Below, piece after piece: positions 57,745-64,000 of a DNA stretch of 64,000 nt. Numbering within the stretch: the stretch's first letter is position 1; each line of letters starts with the position of its first letter. Origin of the DNA: the human T2T-CHM13v2.0 reference genome, Homo sapiens; contig CP086569.2 of NCBI GenBank assembly GCA_009914755.4, positions 9,920,001 to 9,984,000 of the forward strand, read 5' to 3'. The notes below the pieces were generated by a model that made no database searches, was not told the DNA's origin, and saw only the letters and a list, made by a program, of their open reading frames with translations. Position numbers and translations under genes: made by a program.

Positions 57745-57915
57745 CTTAGCTGGAATTACAGACACACACCACCATGCTCAGCTCTTGTGTTTGTGTGTGT
57801 GTGTGGTAGGGACAATGCTTCCATATATTGTTCAGACTGGTCTTCCAGGCTTAAGTGATCCTCCTTCCTTGGCCTCCCAATGTGTTGTGATTATAGCTGT
57901 GAGCCACTGAGTCTG
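57745..57915 (-). mobile_element. Alu fragment
   Basis: A partial reverse-complement Alu with an internal (GT)n. Confidence 0.6.
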
Positions 57916-58079
57916 GCATATCACTTATTAGTATGAGTGACATTCCACCTTCGCTGTTTTAATTCTTCTCAGATATACAATAAATCATTATTAAGTGTAA
58001 TCATCCTGGGCTACTGAACACTAGATTGTATTCCTTCTAAGCAACCACAATTTAACCCACCCCCTTCCCCTCTTTGATC

Positions 58080-58190
58080 TCAAGGTGTTGGCCAGGCTGG
58101 TCTTGAACTACTGACCTCTGGTGATCCACCCACCTCATCCTCCCAAAGTGCCGGGAGTACAGGAGTGAGCCACTGTGCTCAGCCTTTTCT
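58080..58190 (-). mobile_element. Alu fragment
   Basis: Reads ggccaggctggtcttgaactactgacctctggtgatccacccacctcatcctcccaaagtgc. Confidence 0.7.
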
Positions 58191-58233
58191 TCAGCCTTTG
58201 ATATCATCTATCTTTGAAAACATAAGCAATTAA

Positions 58234-58464
<231 letters not shown>

Positions 58465-58744
58465 TAAAGAAATGAAATACATGAAGTTCCAGAAGTTTTA
58501 CAGTCCATAATTCTTACAATTAACATACTAATCTGCAAGGAGGAAGCACTTTCTTGGTAAAATTTTGACAAGATCATCAATTTTTAGAGGGTAAGTGTGG
58601 AAATAATTTTAAAGACAGAAGTTACCAACTTTGAATTTCAAGTGAGTTCTTCATGTTATGAAGTTGTGTTTTCATTCACCTATAATGTAGCATTGTGAGG
58701 ACGAAGTGAAAAGATAAAACTCCCTAGTCTTGTGTATGTTACTG

Positions 58745-59030
58745 TCCAGGTGTGATGGCTCAGTCTTTTAATTCCAGCACTTTGGGAGGCTGAGACTTGC
58801 AGATCACTTTAGGTCAGGGGTTTGAGACAAACCTGGCCAACACTATGAAACCCTATTTCTACCTGAAATAAAAAAAATTATCTGGGCTTGACGGCCCATG
58901 CTTGTAGTATGTTATAGTTAATTGGGAGGCTCAGGCAGGACAATTTTTTGACCCTGTGGGCCTAAGGCTGAAGTGAGCTGATATTGCACCTTGCACTGTA
59001 GCCTGAGTGACAGAGCAAGACTCCAAATCA
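58745..59030 (+). mobile_element. Alu
   Basis: Reads ccaggtgtgatggctcagtc..cactgtagcctgagtgacagagcaagactcc. Confidence 0.8.
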
Positions 59031-59078
59031 AAATCAACAAATATATAAATAATACATAGCTTATCCTTCATTTCAAGC

Positions 59079-59080
<2 letters not shown>

Positions 59081-59123
<43 letters not shown>

Positions 59124-59399
59124 CACAGGGTCTCACTCTGTTGTCCAGCCTGGACTGCACTGGCACCATCGTACCTCACTGCAGCCTTGAACTCCTGGGT
59201 TCAAATAAGTGAGACTTCCATTTCAGCCTCCCAAGTAGATAGAATTATAGACACACACCACTGTGCCCCACTTTTGTGTTTGTGTGTGTGTGGTAAGGAC
59301 AATGCTTTGGATATATTGTTCAGGTTGGTCTCAGACTCTGAGGTTTAAGTGTCCTCCTTCCTTGGCCTCTGAACGTGTTGTGATTATAGCCTTGAAACA

Positions 59400-59410
<11 letters not shown>
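59081..59410 (-). mobile_element. Alu with a 40-nt poly-T (poly-A on minus) tract
   Basis: T(40) at 59081-59120, followed by the reverse-complement Alu agacacagggtctcactctgttgtccagcctggactgcactgg. Confidence 0.8.
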
Positions 59411-60330
<920 letters not shown>

Positions 60331-61479
60331 CGACCCATGAAGTCCAGCTGTCTTCACCTCTCAATGCCACAACTGCTGTTGGGAATTGGGCAATGACCAC
60401 TCTAGCTACTTCCTGCTGGTTAGAGGTGAAGAAGGGGCCCTCCAGTGTTAGTGTCCTCTACAGGGGAACTCTCTAGGCCAGCCAAAGGGCCAGAGGGATG
60501 ATCCAAGGTCTTTGGTAGAAGTTGTTAGTTGAGCTCATTTGGGGTTCCATTTGTAAGACCACCTGTAACCTCGATCCTATAGGAAATAAATATGACAAGG
60601 TGGTTAAAAATACAGGGCCTGAAGGCGAGTAATAGCAAGATGGCTGTCCTGGGACCTGGAAAGGGAAGAAGCCATATTGCCCAACACCAGAATTTGGTAT
60701 AAGAGTTTGAAAGGAATTGTCTGATTTCAGAAGCCTTTTCCTTTAAATGCCGGGCGGCATCTTATACTATCCCTGACTGGTTGTAGAGCTTTCCTTTCTC
60801 AGCAGTGAGGAAGTCTAGGCCTCGGCAGTTTTGGAGAGTCACTGCTGCCAAAGAGTCTATTTTGGATTGCAGAGAAAGGATAGATTTTGTTATTTTTCAC
60901 AAACTGTCTGAGAAATCCTTTGAGAGTGTGAGGTAGTAGGATAAAACATATTACACTGCTAACTTTTAGCAAATTTTACCTTCATTGAAAACCTTCTAAT
61001 TTTGAGATTTCAATTATTCTTTGCTATTAATAAGACCTCATTCAGTCCCTATTAACTTAGAAATTGTATAGATGGCTCCTTCCTGATTCTGTAAGTACAT
61101 TAAGGTTTGACTGAGTGAAAACAGCTCTCATGTTTGAGCAGACAAATTATTAGGTAATTTTCCTAATTGCTTCTACAAGTGTTCCCTTATCACTTACTGA
61201 ATACCCATTCTGTCTTTTCCCCTTAATTGCCTGGAAAGAACCATCTATCATCCTGTCCTGAAGGGAGATCCTCATAGGTCTGGTTGGACTTTTGTATGGT
61301 AATTAGTTAAGACTTAGATCCCCTGTTAGGAAACCTGCCGTGTTTAACATTTTTAATAGGAGGGCTAGGGGTTGTCAGTAGCCTTAGTGATTTCAGGCTA
61401 TGCCCTTGTTTACACTGACAACAAGGTGGTATTGGTGTGTTACAGGGTCATTGAGAAGACCTTCAATTATCAATTATAG

Positions 61480-61833
61480 GTTTTAAATTTACCCTGGCTT
61501 TTAAAGGAATAGGGTACACTGTTTTTTCTTTACCACTTCTATCTCTTTCTCTCTCTTTGGCTCCTTCTTTGTTTGTCTCTTCCTCTCTCTCTTCCCTTAT
61601 GTATTTGACTTTGTCTCTCTCTTCCCTTCTGTATTTGACTTTGTCTGTCTCTTTTTCTTTCTCTCTGACTCCCTCTTTGCCTATCTCTTCCTCTCTTTGT
61701 CTCTTTCTAACTGTGTGTCTCTTTCTCTCTCTTTGACTCTTTCTTTGTCTGTCTCTTCCTCTCTTTCCTTCTGTCTTTGACTTTGTCTCTCTCTTTCTCT
61801 TTCTTTCTCTCTGAATCCCTCTTGGTGTGTCCC

Positions 61834-61867
<34 letters not shown>

Positions 61868-61910
61868 GACTTTCTGTCTCTTCCTCTGTCTCTCTGTTTC
61901 TTTCCTGTCT
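61480..61910. repeat. CT-rich (TC)n-based minisatellite with a period of about 40 bp
   Basis: Repeated units like ctcttcccttctgtatttgactttgtctctct, and a pure (CT)15 at about 61845-61875. Confidence 0.8.
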
Positions 61911-61949
61911 GTTGGTCGTTCTCTGATGCTGCCAGCCACTTGTGCTGCT

Positions 61950-64000
61950 GTTCTCCCCTCTCCTTCCACTTATGTTGGCTTTGGCAGTGTAAGACTGCCA
62001 CCTCCTTGGACTTTTGCACAGCATTCAATAACTTCATGGTTTCCTCATGATATTTAATGGAGGTTTCTCCAGAGGTTAGGAATTCATTTTCTTTCCATAT
62101 TGCAGGATGGGCATGTAGGATTAGATAAGCATATTTACTATCCATATACACATTTATTCTTCCCTTTCCCGGTTCAAATGCTTGGGTAAGTGCCACTAGT
62201 TCTGTTAACTGGGGGCTGGTCTTTGGTGAAGAGGCTTGCTTTCAAGTACTGTTACACCCCTAATTATGGCATAACCTGCCCTTCGTATCCCATTCTCCAC
62301 AAATGAACTTTCATTGGTATATAGGTTAAGGTCAGGATTAACTAAGGGGACTTCTAAGAGATCTTCTTGGGAGGCATAATTTTGGACTATAATTTGTTGG
62401 CAGTCATGCTCGATTAGTGTTTCCCATCCTCTAGGAGAAAAATGGCATGGTTGAGGCCTGCACATATGCATATTTGAAGCATATGTCCCTCAAGGAGTAG
62501 TACCTGCTATCTAAGCAAGCTGTCGTCTGATAGCCATAAACTTCCTTTGTCACCTAGTGTGCCATTTACATCATCAGTAGTCCAGGCAGTGAGATCCTTT
62601 CCTTGAATTATTTTGATAGCCTCTGACACTAAGATGGCCACCACCACTACTACCAGTAAACAGTGAGGATGGCCTTTTGCTACTACATCAATTTCCTTAC
62701 TTATGTATGCCACTGGTTGTGTGGTTGTCCCAAGAGTTTGAGTAAGGACTCTAAGAGCTATTCTTACTCTTTCTGTGACATATAAAGAGAAGTTTTGTCC
62801 TGTGGGAAGGCTTAAGGCTGGAGCTTGAGTTTGTTTCTTCTAATCCCCAGACTTCAGGGTTGACTACCTCCTCAAGCAGGGGACAAGAAATGGGTAACTT
62901 TTTCCCCATATTCATGTAGACAATAGTGCCAGCTTTGGCCAGTATGTCCCTCCCTAATAAAGTATGGGTCGTTCAGGCATAACAAGAAAAGCATGTGAAA
63001 AGAGAAAAGTCTCCCAATTACAACTGAATAAGTGGGAGAAACACCTGGTTACAGGCCATCCCAGGATTCGTTGGATGGTAACGGACCTTGAGGAAAGCTG
63101 TCCAGGACAGGAGATTAACACTGAGAAGGCTGCACCAGTGTCCAGGAGGAAGTCAATTTCCTGGTCCTCCACAGTTAAATGTACCTGGGGCTCAGTGAGG
63201 CTGATGACATGAGCTGGTGCTTGTCCCAGGCACCCTCCCGCCTGTTGTTGGAGCATCTGGTTGGGGGCCTCTGGCCTAGAGAACCTTTGTCCTCTGGGGC
63301 AGTGAGCCTTCCAGTGATTGTTTTGGCATAGTGGACATGTGCAAGAAGGCAGCTTGTTTCTTGTGGGACAATCTGTTTTAAGGTGCCCTTGCAAACCACA
63401 CTGGTAAGAAACCCTACCATGCAATTGGCCTGCTCCATTTTCTGTCCTCTCTGAACCACCAAGGTTTGTTTATCTGAGGGCCATGACTAAGGCTGCAGCC
63501 TTTCTCTGATCTCACTTTTCCTTTTTGGCCAGTTCCTCTTGGTCCCTATAATAGAACACCAAGGTTGCCAGGTTTATTAAAGCCTCCAGATTTTGTTCAG
63601 GGCCCAGCTCTGATTTTTGGAGCATTCTCCTGATATCTGCAGCTGATTGGGTAATAAACTTATCTTTCAGGATCAATTGACTCTTGAGGGAGTCAGGTGA
63701 CAGGTAAGAATATTTCCTTAAGGAAATACAGCTATTTCCTTCCTGTAGCTGCTCGAGGAAGGCAGAATGATTTTTTTCCTATGCCGGAGTCATGATGGAC
63801 ATCATTGCATCATTCATGAGCTTTTTCCTAATTCTCCTTTGTCCTTCTAGAACACAGGTCAACAGATGTTTGTGAAATCAGTCCCAATAATCTGAGTTGA
63901 GACCCCAGTGGGGTTCCATACTGGGGATGACTTGCTTATGGGTAGGGAATTTGTCCCTTTCTTCAGCTGTCATTCTGTCATTTACTTGACTAAGATACCA
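61950..64000 (-). mobile_element. Endogenous retrovirus internal fragment of class I (gamma-like). It has gag-NC, protease and pol RT/RNase H. It is truncated and runs off the window.
   Basis: Minus-strand ORFs give a Zn-knuckle-like YQCGLQGHLKTDCP, then the protease motif FLLDTGAAFSVL (62954..63424). An RNase H-like segment KYAYLILHAHPAIWKENEFLTSGETSIKYHEETMKLLNAVQKSKEVAVLHCQSQHK lies at 61681..62196. Confidence 0.7.

Larger units (their letters stand above)
53800..57745 (+). pseudogene. RBMY-family pseudogene copy 2, partial and inverted relative to copy 1. It covers the homologues of intron 2 through exon 5.
   Basis: Blocks of clear homology to the reverse complement of copy 1: 53830-54110 matches 5850-6130, 54310-54480 matches 5460-5640, 55410-55640 matches 4380-4610, and 57440-57740 matches 1125-1440. 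A shared Alu lies in the same relative position: 54925-55215 here against 4815-5105 in copy 1. Confidence 0.75.

Noticed and set aside
61463-62024. ORFs encoding RERERE, KRQKVRRERE and similar low-complexity peptides
   Set aside because: They are translations of the CT-rich minisatellite at 61480-61910, which is a compositional artefact. Only the part upstream of about 61950 is real ERV RNase H.

Overview
This window is primate genomic DNA, most likely human or great-ape, and not prokaryotic. It is full of Alu SINEs, L1 LINEs, LTR/ERV fragments and microsatellites. I found no operons, CRISPR arrays or defence-type systems, and no intact protein-coding gene.

The content that does the explaining is:

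- **Two inverted RBMY-family pseudogene copies.** Both are intron-containing, with exon-like segments that translate to RRM and SRGY-box peptides. Copy 1 lies on the minus strand at 1-9976. Copy 2 is a partial copy on the plus strand at about 53.8-57.7 kb. The two copies sit about 47 kb apart, so the window looks like the two arms of an inverted duplication. Both copies carry disabling lesions.
- **TSPY-derived sequences.** A near full-length but degenerate TSPY-like pseudogene lies at about 12.6-15.3 kb on the plus strand. A TSPY 5' fragment sits head-to-head with it. A second TSPY exon-1 fragment with its 5' flank lies at 28.9-29.9 kb on the minus strand. The homologous blocks are in mixed orientation.
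- **A degenerate tandem satellite of about 7.4 kb.** The unit is 33 bp, with a 66-bp dimeric higher-order form. It spans 38.6-46.9 kb and is split by an L1 3' end plus an LTR-like element.
- **Three L1 insertions with the 5'-inversion structure typical of twin priming.**
- **An LTR12 (HERV9) fragment** carrying a young AluY that has a clean target-site duplication.
- **A gamma-retrovirus-like ERV internal fragment** with gag-NC, protease and RNase H, on the minus strand.

RBMY plus TSPY homologues together, in a palindrome-like arrangement, point to a Y-chromosomal ampliconic or pseudogene region. All calls rest on reading the sequence and on recalled protein and repeat consensus sequences. 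No database search was possible. Coordinates of repeat edges are approximate to within about 10-30 bp.
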